From Candidatus Bathyarchaeia archaeon (GTDB taxonomy: Archaea > Thermoproteota > Bathyarchaeia > Bathyarchaeales > Bathycorpusculaceae): a DNA stretch of 27,948 nt. This document shows, one piece after another, positions 1 through 8,480 of this stretch (position 1 is the first letter of the stretch; each line of letters starts with the position of its first letter). The position numbers and the translations under genes are program-made. The notes below the pieces were generated by a model, which made no database searches, was not told the origin of the DNA, and saw nothing but the letters and a program-made list of their open reading frames with translations. The DNA is taken from assembly GCA_049512935.1 (NCBI GenBank), contig JBEKWR010000025.1:1-27948 (forward strand), written 5' to 3'.

Positions 1-1
1 G

Positions 2-1855
2 TGCTGTTGGACCCCATAGTTGTGCGCCTGTTGTAAGACTGTAGCCTGTGATTGACAGTGTGGATTCGGTGAGTTCTATGATTGCTCCGCCTCCTGCCCA
101 GTTGCCGCCTGTGTATACGATTGAATACGGTACTTCTGTGCGGTTTACTGGACCCCAGAGTAGTTGTCCAGTGGCTGCGCTAATGCCTGCTTGCTCTTCC
201 CAGCCTGGTCCGTATGCGAAAGCCGTGCTGGCTGCTCCACTCAGTAGGATGATTCCGCTTTGAAATGCTGAGACGGATAGCAGGTAGCTTGGAAATTCCA
301 TGCCGAAGAAGGACACTTCCTGAGTCATTGATCCTGACGCGCCCATAGCTGATGAGGCTCCCGCGCTGGTGTCTTTGGTTGGCAATGCGGCGTTAACGAC
401 TGTTACCGACGATTCGCCAACGAGTGGATCTGACAAGAACCAGGGTATTTGAGTTGCGTCCAATCCTGGTCGCCACATCCAGTCGTCTACAACGTTGGGA
501 CCGCCTGCGTAGTTAGCTGTTGCAAGGTTAATGTCTGCTGTCGAGTTCCATAAGCATAGAGATGCCGCTTCATAGCTGACGGGGCCGAATGGATTGAGTT
601 GGGGTTGACCATTGTACATGGCTGTAGTATTGACAAAGTAGCTGCATATGCCGCCGTGACTATCTTCGAAAAACGAGGATGGTGCCAGTGAATCTGATCC
701 TGTCACAACTAAATTGTAAGCGCCGTATGATTCTTCAATTTGGCCTTGGGTGGAAGTGATGTTCAGTATCCAGTTTCCTGTCATTGCGTCGTACATTGCT
801 AAGTAAGAACCAGCTGCCATAAAGCCTGATGCTGCGAGTGGCTCACTCCATAGGTATGTTAATGCACCGTATTGGTTTGGTGTTTGCATGCTGAGGATTT
901 CACCGAACTTTAGCACTTCGTTGTTTACTTGTGCTTCGGTCTTTTGCCAGACAGTTTGTCCAGTTTGCAGATTAACCGCCATCCAGCCCATTGGTGTGGC
1001 TGAGCTTCCTGGATACATTGTGTAGTAAAGAATGCCCTGCATGATTATGGGGGCAAACTTTGGTTCGTATTGTGCGGTTGCGTAGTAGTTGCTGGTTTCA
1101 GTGCCACCGAATTCTCCTCCGATGATGCCTCCGAACGCTATGGGCTGAGTCCACAATATGTGGCCCGTGGTTGGTGCAGTGGTGTATGGGTTATAGTTTC
1201 CGGTTGCATTGTACATTCCAGTTGCGGCAAATGTTGATGCGGCAAGACCTAGCCAGTTTCCGCCTAGAACGTACCAGTTGGTGTTTTCAGCGTAGATGGG
1301 TCGTGTCCAGTAGTTTGTTGGCAGTGGAGTTACAGGCGGATAGCCTGCTGGTGTCGTTGTAACTGTAAGCGTTGCAACCGCGCTTGTACTCGCTGCGTAA
1401 ACCCAGTTGTAATACGTATTCTGTGAGGCAACGGTGCCTGGAGCTGGGTTTGCGTCCTTCAGTGTTTGTCCTGGGAAGGACATCTGGAAAGTGTAGTTGC
1501 CTGTTACGTCAGGTACTGGCCAAGTCGTGGATGTTCCTCCTGTATCGTCAGAAGTGAATGGCCCCAGCTTTACGGTGGACCCGCCTGGCTCAGTGACTGT
1601 CACCATCATTCCTTGCCATCTGTCTCCGTACTGTGCACTTGCGGTTGGTGGTGGCTCGTTTATCCAGAAGTTGATGCGTGCCGTTTGGCCTACACCTATT
1701 GGGTTAGGTGAAACGCTGATGAAAGCAAATGTGGGAACTGGAACTGCTGCGGTTTGTGCGTGCGCTGTAGGTAATATCATTACTGTTGCTCCCATTGAAA
1801 CTGATAATAAGATCGCCATCAAAATAGCCATAGTTTTACCTTTAATTTTTTGCAA
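2..1855 (-). CDS. Secreted PQQ-binding-like beta-propeller repeat surface protein (partial; runs off the left edge)
   Basis: Not in the ORF track because no stop lies in the window. Manual translation from TTG at 1855 (AAGGAG about 10 nt upstream) gives MQKIKGKTMAILMAILLSVSMGATVMILPTAHAQ (signal peptide), then TFAFISVSPNPIGVGQTARINFWINEPPP..GDRWQ..LGPFTSDDTGG. The same frame at the window edge reads GYSLTTGAQLWGPTA, a PQQ-type blade motif. Both ends were checked as in frame; not every internal codon was checked. Confidence 0.85.
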   Translation of the reverse strand, partial: MQKIKGKTMAILMAILLSVSMGATVMILPTAHAQTAAVPVPTFAFISVSPNPIGVGQTARINFWINEPPPTASAQYGDRWQGMMVTVTEPGGSTVKLGPFTSDDTGGTSTTWPVPDVTGNYTFQMSFPGQTLKDANPAPGTVASQNTYYNWVYAASTSAVATLTVTTTPAGYPPVTPLPTNYWTRPIYAENTNWYVLGGNWLGLAASTFAATGMYNATGNYNPYTTAPTTGHILWTQPIAFGGIIGGEFGGTETSNYYATAQYEPKFAPIIMQGILYYTMYPGSSATPMGWMAVNLQTGQTVWQKTEAQVNNEVLKFGEILSMQTPNQYGALTYLWSEPLAASGFMAAGSYLAMYDAMTGNWILNITSTQGQIEESYGAYNLVVTGSDSLAPSSFFEDSHGGICSYFVNTTAMYNGQPQLNPFGPVSYEAASLCLWNSTADINLATANYAGGPNVVDDWMWRPGLDATQIPWFLSDPLVGESSVTVVNAALPTKDTSAGASSAMGASGSMTQEVSFFGMEFPSYLLSVSAFQSGIILLSGAASTAFAYGPGWEEQAGISAATGQLLWGPVNRTEVPYSIVYTGGNWAGGGAIIELTESTLSITGYSLTTGAQLWGPTA

Positions 1856-1903
1856 TTTTTTCTTGCTCCTTAAAGCTATGGCACCCTCTATGTGCCCATT
1901 TTG

Positions 1904-1918
1904 TTTATAAGATTTTTG
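1904..1918 (-). promoter_or_regulatory. Putative BRE/TATA promoter of the PQQ-like gene
   Basis: Minus strand reads CAAAAATCTTATAAA about 50 nt upstream of the TTG start: a purine-rich BRE followed by TTATAAA. Confidence 0.5.
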
Positions 1919-1994
1919 CTTCTTCAACAGAAAAGCCTTTAAGGTAAAGCAATGAATTTCTACAGAACTTTTTTGGAAAATCGGCTTTGAGAAT

Positions 1995-2009
1995 AAACAA
2001 TGATTGTTT
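1995..2009. promoter_or_regulatory. Perfect palindrome AAACAAT-G-ATTGTTT, candidate transcription-factor site
   Basis: 7-1-7 inverted repeat in the divergent intergenic region between the PQQ-like gene and glyS. Confidence 0.3.
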
Positions 2010-2320
2010 GGAAATGTTAAAACTGCTATTGGGCTTACTGGTTGTCCATCTGCTTGATGCAAAAAGCGTCAGATCGATTTAAAGCTGAAAAGATTTGTCA
2101 AGAAGTGAAAGCGCCTGTTACTTAACTGCTGAGCCCAAGCTTCATTTCTCCACTTGCAAATTGTTATGCAGAAGATTCAGCGTTTTGAAACAGCGGTTTT
2201 CGCAGCCGTTAATTAAAGTTGGAAAATGAGGACTGCGAGAAACACCGCAAAAAGCCATTCAAGCAACTAGCAACCTTTAATTTCCCAATGGCACTACATC
2301 ATTGAAAGGTCGCAACCAAC

Positions 2321-4078
2321 ATGACGGAAACTTCAAAACAAGACAAGTTCTCAGCAATCAACGAGTTAGCACGCCGCAGAGGATTCTTCTGGCCCTCGTT
2401 CGAGATTTACGGCGGCAGCGGCGGCTTTGTAACTTACGGTCCGCTCGGCGCAAGGCTGAAACAGAATATCGAGGCTAAGCTCAGAGAGTTTTTCGTTAAA
2501 AAAATCGGTGTTTACGAGATAGAATCATCCGTGATTGCGCCGGGAAAGGTTTTCGAAGCCTCAGGACACGTTGACCACTTCAAGGAGCCGATGGTTGAAT
2601 GCCAAAACTGCCATGGACGTTTCCGAGCAGACCACCTGCTTGAGGCAAAAGGTATCAGTTCGGCTGAAGCTGAAAAAATGACGCTTAAAGAAATCGCTGA
2701 GGAAATCGAGCGCCACGGCATAGTTTGCCCTGACTGCGGCGGCAAATTCGGCGAGCCAGAACAATTCCTAACCATGTTTAAAACCAATATTGGTCCTTAC
2801 TCTGGAGCTGTCGGCTACGGACGCCCTGAGGCTGCACAGAACATCTTCGTTGAGTTCAACCGTCTCTACACGGTTGCACGCGAAAGGCTTCCATTCGGCG
2901 TCGTGCAGATTGGCCACGCGCTACGCAACGAGATTTCTCCAAGGCAAGGCTTGATTAGGCTTAGGGAATTCACGATTTCAGACTTGGAGTTCTTCTTCGA
3001 CCCTGAAGAGCCTCGTTGCTGTCTGCTTCCCGAAGTGGAAAATGAATTGTTGCCTATTCTGCTGTGCGAAACAAGGCTCAAAGAATGCGAGGACACCACC
3101 GACCTGACGGTAAGGGAGGCAATTGACCGAAAAATAATCCTTTCAGAATGGCAAGCGTTCTTTATGGCGATTGCGAAAAAGCTTCTGGTGGAGCTTGGGG
3201 TTCCAGCGGAGAAGCAGCGGTTCATAGAAAAACTGACTTGGGAAAAGGCGCATTACTCCAGTCAAAGCTTTGACCAGGAGGTGCTGGTTGACCGCTGGGG
3301 CTGGGTGGAAGTTTCTGGGCACGCTTACCGAACCGATTACGATTTGAAATGCCACATGCAGGCAAGCGGCGTAGACATGACCGTTTACAAGGAGTACGCT
3401 AACCCCATTGAAAAAGAAGAACTCGTGGTTAAGCCGATCATGGCAAAGTTCGGACCAGTGTACAAGAGTGAAGCCGCAAAGGCTGCAGCGATTATCGCCA
3501 AGGTTCCTGCCCGCGAGGTTGCTGCTGCCATGGAAAGGGACGGCTTTTTTATGGCTGAAAACTACGTAATAAAACCTGACCAGGTAGACATCAGCCGCCA
3601 AAAAACTGTTGTGCGCGGCACACGGTTTATTCCGCATGTGGTTGAACCCAGCTTTGGCTCGGATCGCCTCTTTTACGTCGCGTTGGAGTACGCTTACGGG
3701 ATAAAGGAAGATCGGGTCGTCATGAGTTTTCCAAGAAGCATAGCCCCTATTCAGGTTGGCGTTTACCCATTGATGAGTAAGGATGGATTAGACACTAAAG
3801 CTGTTCAAGTGCAGAAGTTGCTGGCGAACGAGGGCTTCATGGTTGAACTGGATGAGACAGGCTCGATCGGCAGACGTTACGCAAGGGCTGACGAAGCAGG
3901 TGTGCAGTTGGGAATAACCATCGATTACGATACCTTGAAGGATGAAACAGTAACCATCAGGGATAGGGACAGTTGGCGGCAGGTTCGAACCGAAATTAAA
4001 GACTTACCTGAGCTTCTGCACTGTTACTTCCAATGTAAAATAAACTTTGCAGATTTAGGTACACCTATCGAAAGTTAA
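2321..4078 (+). CDS. glyS: Glycine--tRNA ligase (archaeal/eukaryote-type, alpha2)
   Basis: RRGFFWPSFEIYGG, ASGHVDHF, RPEAAQ, motif 2 RNEISPRQGLIRLREF, motif 3 PHVVEPSFGSDR, and anticodon-binding domain GSIGRRYARADEAG..TVTIRDRDS. Contains a CQNC..CPDC zinc-ribbon insertion. Confidence 0.97.
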   Translation: MTETSKQDKFSAINELARRRGFFWPSFEIYGGSGGFVTYGPLGARLKQNIEAKLREFFVKKIGVYEIESSVIAPGKVFEASGHVDHFKEPMVECQNCHGRFRADHLLEAKGISSAEAEKMTLKEIAEEIERHGIVCPDCGGKFGEPEQFLTMFKTNIGPYSGAVGYGRPEAAQNIFVEFNRLYTVARERLPFGVVQIGHALRNEISPRQGLIRLREFTISDLEFFFDPEEPRCCLLPEVENELLPILLCETRLKECEDTTDLTVREAIDRKIILSEWQAFFMAIAKKLLVELGVPAEKQRFIEKLTWEKAHYSSQSFDQEVLVDRWGWVEVSGHAYRTDYDLKCHMQASGVDMTVYKEYANPIEKEELVVKPIMAKFGPVYKSEAAKAAAIIAKVPAREVAAAMERDGFFMAENYVIKPDQVDISRQKTVVRGTRFIPHVVEPSFGSDRLFYVALEYAYGIKEDRVVMSFPRSIAPIQVGVYPLMSKDGLDTKAVQVQKLLANEGFMVELDETGSIGRRYARADEAGVQLGITIDYDTLKDETVTIRDRDSWRQVRTEIKDLPELLHCYFQCKINFADLGTPIES

Positions 4079-4154
4079 TCAGCTACCTTTTTTAATGGAC
4101 GTCGGATACTAACATCGTAAATTCGGCATGACTATTTGCGGGGCGGAAAACAAA

Positions 4155-4814
4155 GTGGTGCTTCCTTCAGAAACAGAAGAACGCGTCAAGAGAAGAGCGT
4201 TGAACGCTTGCCAAGATAACTTACGGAAGGTTGTCGATGTCTCAAGAAAAATCCCTCAACTTGTTGAGCACTTTGCAAGCGGTGACAAAGAAAACGTTAG
4301 GAAACTCTTAAGCGAAATCAGAACAGGCGAAGAAGAAGTTGTTAAAGCAAGGCGCATGGTCTCTCAAGAACTATCCGAGATAGGTGCCATTCTTATTGCC
4401 CGCGAAGACTTCCTGAGGTTCACGAATTTGTCAAGCGAAATAGCTGATTTCAGCGAAGGCATCGCCTATTACCTTGTTGAAATAATGGAGCACAACTGGA
4501 GCGTTTCGCCCGAGATCAAGAAGGATCTGCTAAAGCTTTCCTCAGCTGTTCTGGACAGCGTGCTCAAGCTCAGGGAGACGATGATGGTTCTGAATTATGG
4601 GTCGCAGAAAACCCTTGAAAAAGCCAAAGACGTGGAGATTGCCGAGCGCATAGTTGACGAACAGTACAGGGCGTTAACCATAAAGGTGCTCAACGGCAAA
4701 CTTGACGTTCCCGTGCTTCTGCTTTTAAGAGACATCCTTCAAATGCTGGAAAACTCAGCTGACAAGGCTGAAGACGCAGCGGACGCGGCAAGGATGATTT
4801 CATTCATCATGTAG
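4155..4814 (+). CDS. DUF47 / PhoU-like phosphate transport regulator family protein
   Basis: All-helical protein of about 220 aa with REDFLRF, ERIVDEQYR and LENSADKAEDAAD motifs. GTG start at 4155 is preferred; ATG at 4128 is the alternative. Confidence 0.8.
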   Translation: MVLPSETEERVKRRALNACQDNLRKVVDVSRKIPQLVEHFASGDKENVRKLLSEIRTGEEEVVKARRMVSQELSEIGAILIAREDFLRFTNLSSEIADFSEGIAYYLVEIMEHNWSVSPEIKKDLLKLSSAVLDSVLKLRETMMVLNYGSQKTLEKAKDVEIAERIVDEQYRALTIKVLNGKLDVPVLLLLRDILQMLENSADKAEDAADAARMISFIM

Positions 4815-4829
4815 TGAGCGCGGATTGCG

Positions 4830-5384
4830 ATGCCTAAAATAAAGGTTGAACTCATCGAGAACTTCTTAGTTGTTTGGGATTCAACCGAAGGCACCCAACT
4901 CTACAAAGCAGGGTACTGGGGCAAACCGCTGGGCATCCCTAAACCAAAAATCCCCGAGTTCAACGCGCCGCTGATTTTGGATCTGATGGAAGGCTTGTAC
5001 CTGGTGGAAACCAAGAAAATAGCCATCTACGAGGGACCTGACGCGGCAAGCGTCAGCCTCAAGAAGCTGAGGCAAAAAGCCAAACAGCTCTACGATGAGT
5101 TCGAGGAGAAGTACGCTGTTTACCGTGACCTGCGAGACAGCGGCTTGATAGTGACGCCTGGCATCAAGTTCGGCTGCGACTTCGCCGTGTACAAGTACGG
5201 ACCAGGAGTTGAACACGCGCCCTACATGGTCTCCGTGAAAAAGGCAGGCTCAGACATTTCAGCCACAGAAATCGTCAAAGCAGGACGCCTAGCCACAACC
5301 GTGCGAAAACGCTTCATCATCGCAGTTCCCGACTTGGCAGCAGAAAAAGTGCAATATCAAATTTTTAAGTGGTTTAAGGCTTAG
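4830..5384 (+). CDS. endA: tRNA-intron lyase (tRNA splicing endonuclease), catalytic subunit
   Basis: LILDLMEGLYL, YAVYRDLRDSG, PGIKFGCDFAVY, HAPY and GRLATTVRK. The catalytic Tyr/His/Lys triad is present. Confidence 0.95.
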   Translation: MPKIKVELIENFLVVWDSTEGTQLYKAGYWGKPLGIPKPKIPEFNAPLILDLMEGLYLVETKKIAIYEGPDAASVSLKKLRQKAKQLYDEFEEKYAVYRDLRDSGLIVTPGIKFGCDFAVYKYGPGVEHAPYMVSVKKAGSDISATEIVKAGRLATTVRKRFIIAVPDLAAEKVQYQIFKWFKA

Positions 5385-5391
5385 ACTCTGT

Positions 5392-5790
5392 TTATTCCCA
5401 TATTCTTTTGACCCAGTCTACTCGGTCAAAATCTTTGTCGTTTGAATAAATCTCGCTAATTTTATTCTGCTTCATTACCTGCAGGATTATCGAATCAATG
5501 AAACTGATCTGTTTTTTGTTCATATCTTCAACCGCTGGAATAAAATTTTCCCAGAAAACGGTAAGTTTACTCATTGAAAAGTAAGAATTGACGACCAATA
5601 GGAAACTCGCGATTTCTCCTTTTCGATGATTGTATTCGAGCCACTTGACTACTTCCTGAATTACAGGGAGGGCTGTGGCTGCTTCTTCGCCGCTTTGAAT
5701 TCTCTCAAGAATCTTTCCAGAAATCTCGTAATCTTTTTGTGGAGACTTTATGATTTGATAAAGGAACACGTTTGCGTCTACGAACCTCAT
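5392..5790 (-). CDS. vapC: VapC family PIN-domain toxin
   Basis: N-terminal FVDANVF, internal VIQEV, SFIDS and C-terminal IYSNDKDFD acidic PIN motifs. 132 aa, directly downstream of an AbrB-like gene. Confidence 0.92.
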   Translation of the reverse strand: MRFVDANVFLYQIIKSPQKDYEISGKILERIQSGEEAATALPVIQEVVKWLEYNHRKGEIASFLLVVNSYFSMSKLTVFWENFIPAVEDMNKKQISFIDSIILQVMKQNKISEIYSNDKDFDRVDWVKRIWE

Positions 5791-6057
5791 CTACTTGGAC
5801 CTCGATAGTTTTTCCTCAATTCCTACTGCGGACGCCTTCAGTAACTGTTGTTTTACGGTTCCCTTAACCTTCAATCCTTTTCCCAAGCTTCTGAGTAGTT
5901 CGGTTGGGTTGGGAACGGTGTTTGGCGGCAAAATGACCACTTTGTTATCCATGATTTTCACTGTTACCCAGTCGCCTTCATTTATTCCTAGTTTTTGTCT
6001 AATGTCGGCGGGTATTGTGATTTTGCCCTTTTGGAGCACCTTGACTTGTTCACCCAT
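5791..6057 (-). CDS. vapB: AbrB/MazE/SpoVT family antitoxin (VapB-type)
   Basis: KVLQKGKITIPADIRQKLGINEGD is the swapped-hairpin AbrB signature. Its stop codon abuts the vapC ATG. Confidence 0.92.
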   Translation of the reverse strand: MGEQVKVLQKGKITIPADIRQKLGINEGDWVTVKIMDNKVVILPPNTVPNPTELLRSLGKGLKVKGTVKQQLLKASAVGIEEKLSRSK

Positions 6058-6061
6058 AAAA

Positions 6062-6106
6062 GGTTACCAATAATAACATTGGTGAGGGTTACCTTATAAG
6101 ATTACC
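6062..6106 (-). promoter_or_regulatory. vapBC promoter with repeated GGTAA/TTACC operator-like boxes
   Basis: TATA-like CTTATAAG at 6093-6100. TTACC occurs at 6064, 6089 and 6102. Imperfect palindrome TTACCAAT-n6-ATTGGTGA at 6064-6085 lies between the TATA and the ATG. Confidence 0.6.
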
Positions 6107-6146
6107 TATTGCTGTGCACCTTTGAAAGAAGGTCAAGGCGGCGGGA

Positions 6147-7442
6147 TTAGTTGGCAATTATTGTTTGGTTCTGGAATTGGCCTCGTATAGTCTGGTGCGG
6201 GTAAATCTTTGTTGCCGCAAGGTTACAGCCTTCCTCCAGCCGCACGTCGTCGGCGATGACTGACACGGCGGTCACTTTGGTTGGGCAACGCTGGCTTGAG
6301 TTGACAACCACATGTCTTCCGATGATGCTGTCGTACACTTCGGCGCTGTCGCCGATTATCACCCTGTCCATGATTGAAGAGTTAACTACCAACGCGTTCT
6401 TGCCTATCCGCGTGAAGTTGTCGATGCATGAATCCACGATTCTTGCGCCATCCTCTATATCGCAGTGCCTCCCGATCAAAACCGCGCCTTCAAGAGTAAT
6501 CTTCTTCTGCTTGATCTTCTGAATGATTTCTTGCCGACGCTTCTCAGAGTCGCCGCTTTCGCCCTGCACCCAGACGAGGCTGCCGTCTTCCAGTCGCCCG
6601 CCGAAGTCGTTCAGCGCTGGGAAGCCGCCGTGCATCATCTTTTTCATGGCTTCCAGGTAGCTTTTTGGGGTGCCCACGTCAAACCAGTTGCCTTTAAGTG
6701 TGTACCCGTACACTGGGCGGCCGCTCTCGATGACGTAGGGAATGAAGTCGTAGCCGAAGTCCAGCCTATTTTTCTCTTTAACAATCTGCTGGATGCCTTT
6801 TTCCTTGAAAATCTTCTTCACTTCAGGCGACAAAACGTACAAGCCCGTGTTTGCAAGGTTGCTCGGCGCCTCCCGCGGCGAAGGCTTCTCAACAAAGCGG
6901 ATAATGCGACCTGTCTTGTCGATGTCTGCTATGCCTAAGCCTTCAACATTGTCAACCTCACGCAGAACGATGGTTAAGGTTGAACATTTTTCCTTGTGGA
7001 AGTCAAGGAGGCTTTTCAGTTTGATGTCGAAGATGTTGTCGCCTTGCACGGCGAAAACAGGGTTGTTCAGCTCATAGTAATCCATGTTTATCCTTGCGGA
7101 GTCGGCGCTGCCTAAATCTTCAACGTTTGGCTGATATTTTATGTGGATGCGCGGTTTGATGTTGTAGCGCGCGCTGAACCCGTACCCTGACTCGAAATAG
7201 TCGAACAGGTCCCTGTAGTTAGTGTAGCCTTTCACGCCGAAGATGAAGTTGCGTATTCCCTGGTTTGCCAGCGACAAAAGGCTAAACTCCACAAGCGGCC
7301 TGTTCAGCAGGCGCAGGCAGGCTTTGCTGGTTTCAGCCGTTAACGGCAAAAGTCTCGTAGCTTTTCCGCCTACGGGGATGATTACTCGGATTTTTTCAGG
7401 CGCGTAGCTGTCGCCTACTAGGGGAGCGTAATTTTCACTCAA
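6147..7442 (-). CDS. NDP-sugar synthase / sugar-phosphate nucleotidyltransferase with C-terminal left-handed beta-helix
   Basis: IIPVGGKATRLLPLT, QGDNIFD, FVEKP, LANTGLY, WFDVGTP and hexapeptide repeats. TTG at 7442 has GGTGA 5 nt upstream; ATG at 7487 is the alternative start. Confidence 0.88.
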   Translation of the reverse strand: MSENYAPLVGDSYAPEKIRVIIPVGGKATRLLPLTAETSKACLRLLNRPLVEFSLLSLANQGIRNFIFGVKGYTNYRDLFDYFESGYGFSARYNIKPRIHIKYQPNVEDLGSADSARINMDYYELNNPVFAVQGDNIFDIKLKSLLDFHKEKCSTLTIVLREVDNVEGLGIADIDKTGRIIRFVEKPSPREAPSNLANTGLYVLSPEVKKIFKEKGIQQIVKEKNRLDFGYDFIPYVIESGRPVYGYTLKGNWFDVGTPKSYLEAMKKMMHGGFPALNDFGGRLEDGSLVWVQGESGDSEKRRQEIIQKIKQKKITLEGAVLIGRHCDIEDGARIVDSCIDNFTRIGKNALVVNSSIMDRVIIGDSAEVYDSIIGRHVVVNSSQRCPTKVTAVSVIADDVRLEEGCNLAATKIYPHQTIRGQFQNQTIIAN

Positions 7443-7793
7443 GCTTTTCACCGCAAGGTAACGTCTTGATAGATAGGTTACTTGCATTTCCTTTTAACGT
7501 TTCCCATAATCTTTTGCTCCCAAAAATGAGGCATCTTGGCAAATTTTTACGCTGAATCTTCAGGTTTCCAAGAGCAAACCGATGTTGGGCTGGTGGCTTT
7601 CTCCGCGCTTCTGCTTAGGGATTACTTTCGCGAAAACGGTTAGGCGAATCAAGAACCTCGTGCTCTTATGGTTCACCATGCATTTTTGGCACTTTCAAGT
7701 GAAAAACGTCTTCCAAATTTTCACATATATACGTGCATGTTAAAAACAATTAAAAGCTTGTTCTGTTGCATGAACATCAAAGAAGATGTTAAC

Positions 7794-8447
7794 ATGTCTG
7801 AAAATTTCGCTAAAAAATGGGAACCGAAAAGAGAAGAAGAATCATTAGGTACATCGATAAAGAACACTTTCACGCCGCCTGCGCCTCTGAAGCCGCAACT
7901 GGATCTTGCAGTCAGAAAACTAGATATGCAAATAGCCAAACTTGACCAAGCAAACGACCGCTTCACACAAAAAGACAGAGCCCTATTCGCGAAGCTAGTC
8001 GACGCGTACACACACCACGACCAAGCGCACGCCAACATTTATGCAACTGAGCTTGCTGAAATCCGCAAGATGGGAAAACTCATCATGAACGCAAGGCTCG
8101 CGCTCGACCAAATCTCACTGCGCATAAAGACCGTTTCGGAACTAGGCGATGTCGTTGCAACGTTAGGACCATGCATCGGCGTATTGCGCAGCGTCAGCAC
8201 GGGACTAGGCGGAGTTTTGCCTGAAGCAGAAGGCGAACTCGGCAGCATCGGCGACTTGCTGAGCGGCTTAATGTTTGAAGCTGGAACCAGCAGCGGAATG
8301 TCACTGAACTTCGAAAACGTCAACGAGGACGCAGCAAAAATCCTGTCAGAGGCAGCAACCGTCGCAGAGCAAAGAGTCAGCCAGAACTTCCCAGACCTGC
8401 CCCCAGGAATGCCCACTGGTCAAACAGCCAACAAAACCCAAACTTAA
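7794..8447 (+). CDS. ESCRT-III (Snf7 family) protein, CdvB1/B2-like
   Basis: Coiled-coil core with ANIYATELAEIRKM, LALDQISLRIKTVSELGDVVATLGP, LPEAEGEL, EDAAKILSEA and a C-terminal FPDLP. ATG at 7794 (MSENFAKKW) is preferred over the upstream extension in the ORF track. Confidence 0.9.
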   Translation: MSENFAKKWEPKREEESLGTSIKNTFTPPAPLKPQLDLAVRKLDMQIAKLDQANDRFTQKDRALFAKLVDAYTHHDQAHANIYATELAEIRKMGKLIMNARLALDQISLRIKTVSELGDVVATLGPCIGVLRSVSTGLGGVLPEAEGELGSIGDLLSGLMFEAGTSSGMSLNFENVNEDAAKILSEAATVAEQRVSQNFPDLPPGMPTGQTANKTQT

Positions 8448-8480
8448 AGAACGCATCAAAACGCTTCTTCCCCCCCACTC

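Noticed and set aside
48-1910. Five short plus-strand ORFs, including 1497..1910 (137 aa)
   Set aside because: They are antisense shadows of the long minus-strand PQQ-like gene, which has the RBS, signal peptide and family motifs.
2190-2250. Imperfect hairpin upstream of glyS as a T-box-like or riboswitch element
   Set aside because: The pairing is gapped, no T-box consensus is present, and it lies upstream of the likely TATA (about 2275-2283), so it is probably not in the transcript.
7626-7635. TTTCGCGAAA palindrome recurring at 7626, 12716 and inside the helicase gene
   Set aside because: It is short, also occurs within coding sequence, and has no consistent position relative to gene starts. 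That is insufficient to call it a regulatory motif.
7668-7793. 42-aa N-terminal extension of the ESCRT-III ORF
   Set aside because: It runs through AT-rich promoter-like DNA and does not resemble Snf7; ATG at 7794 is the more plausible start.
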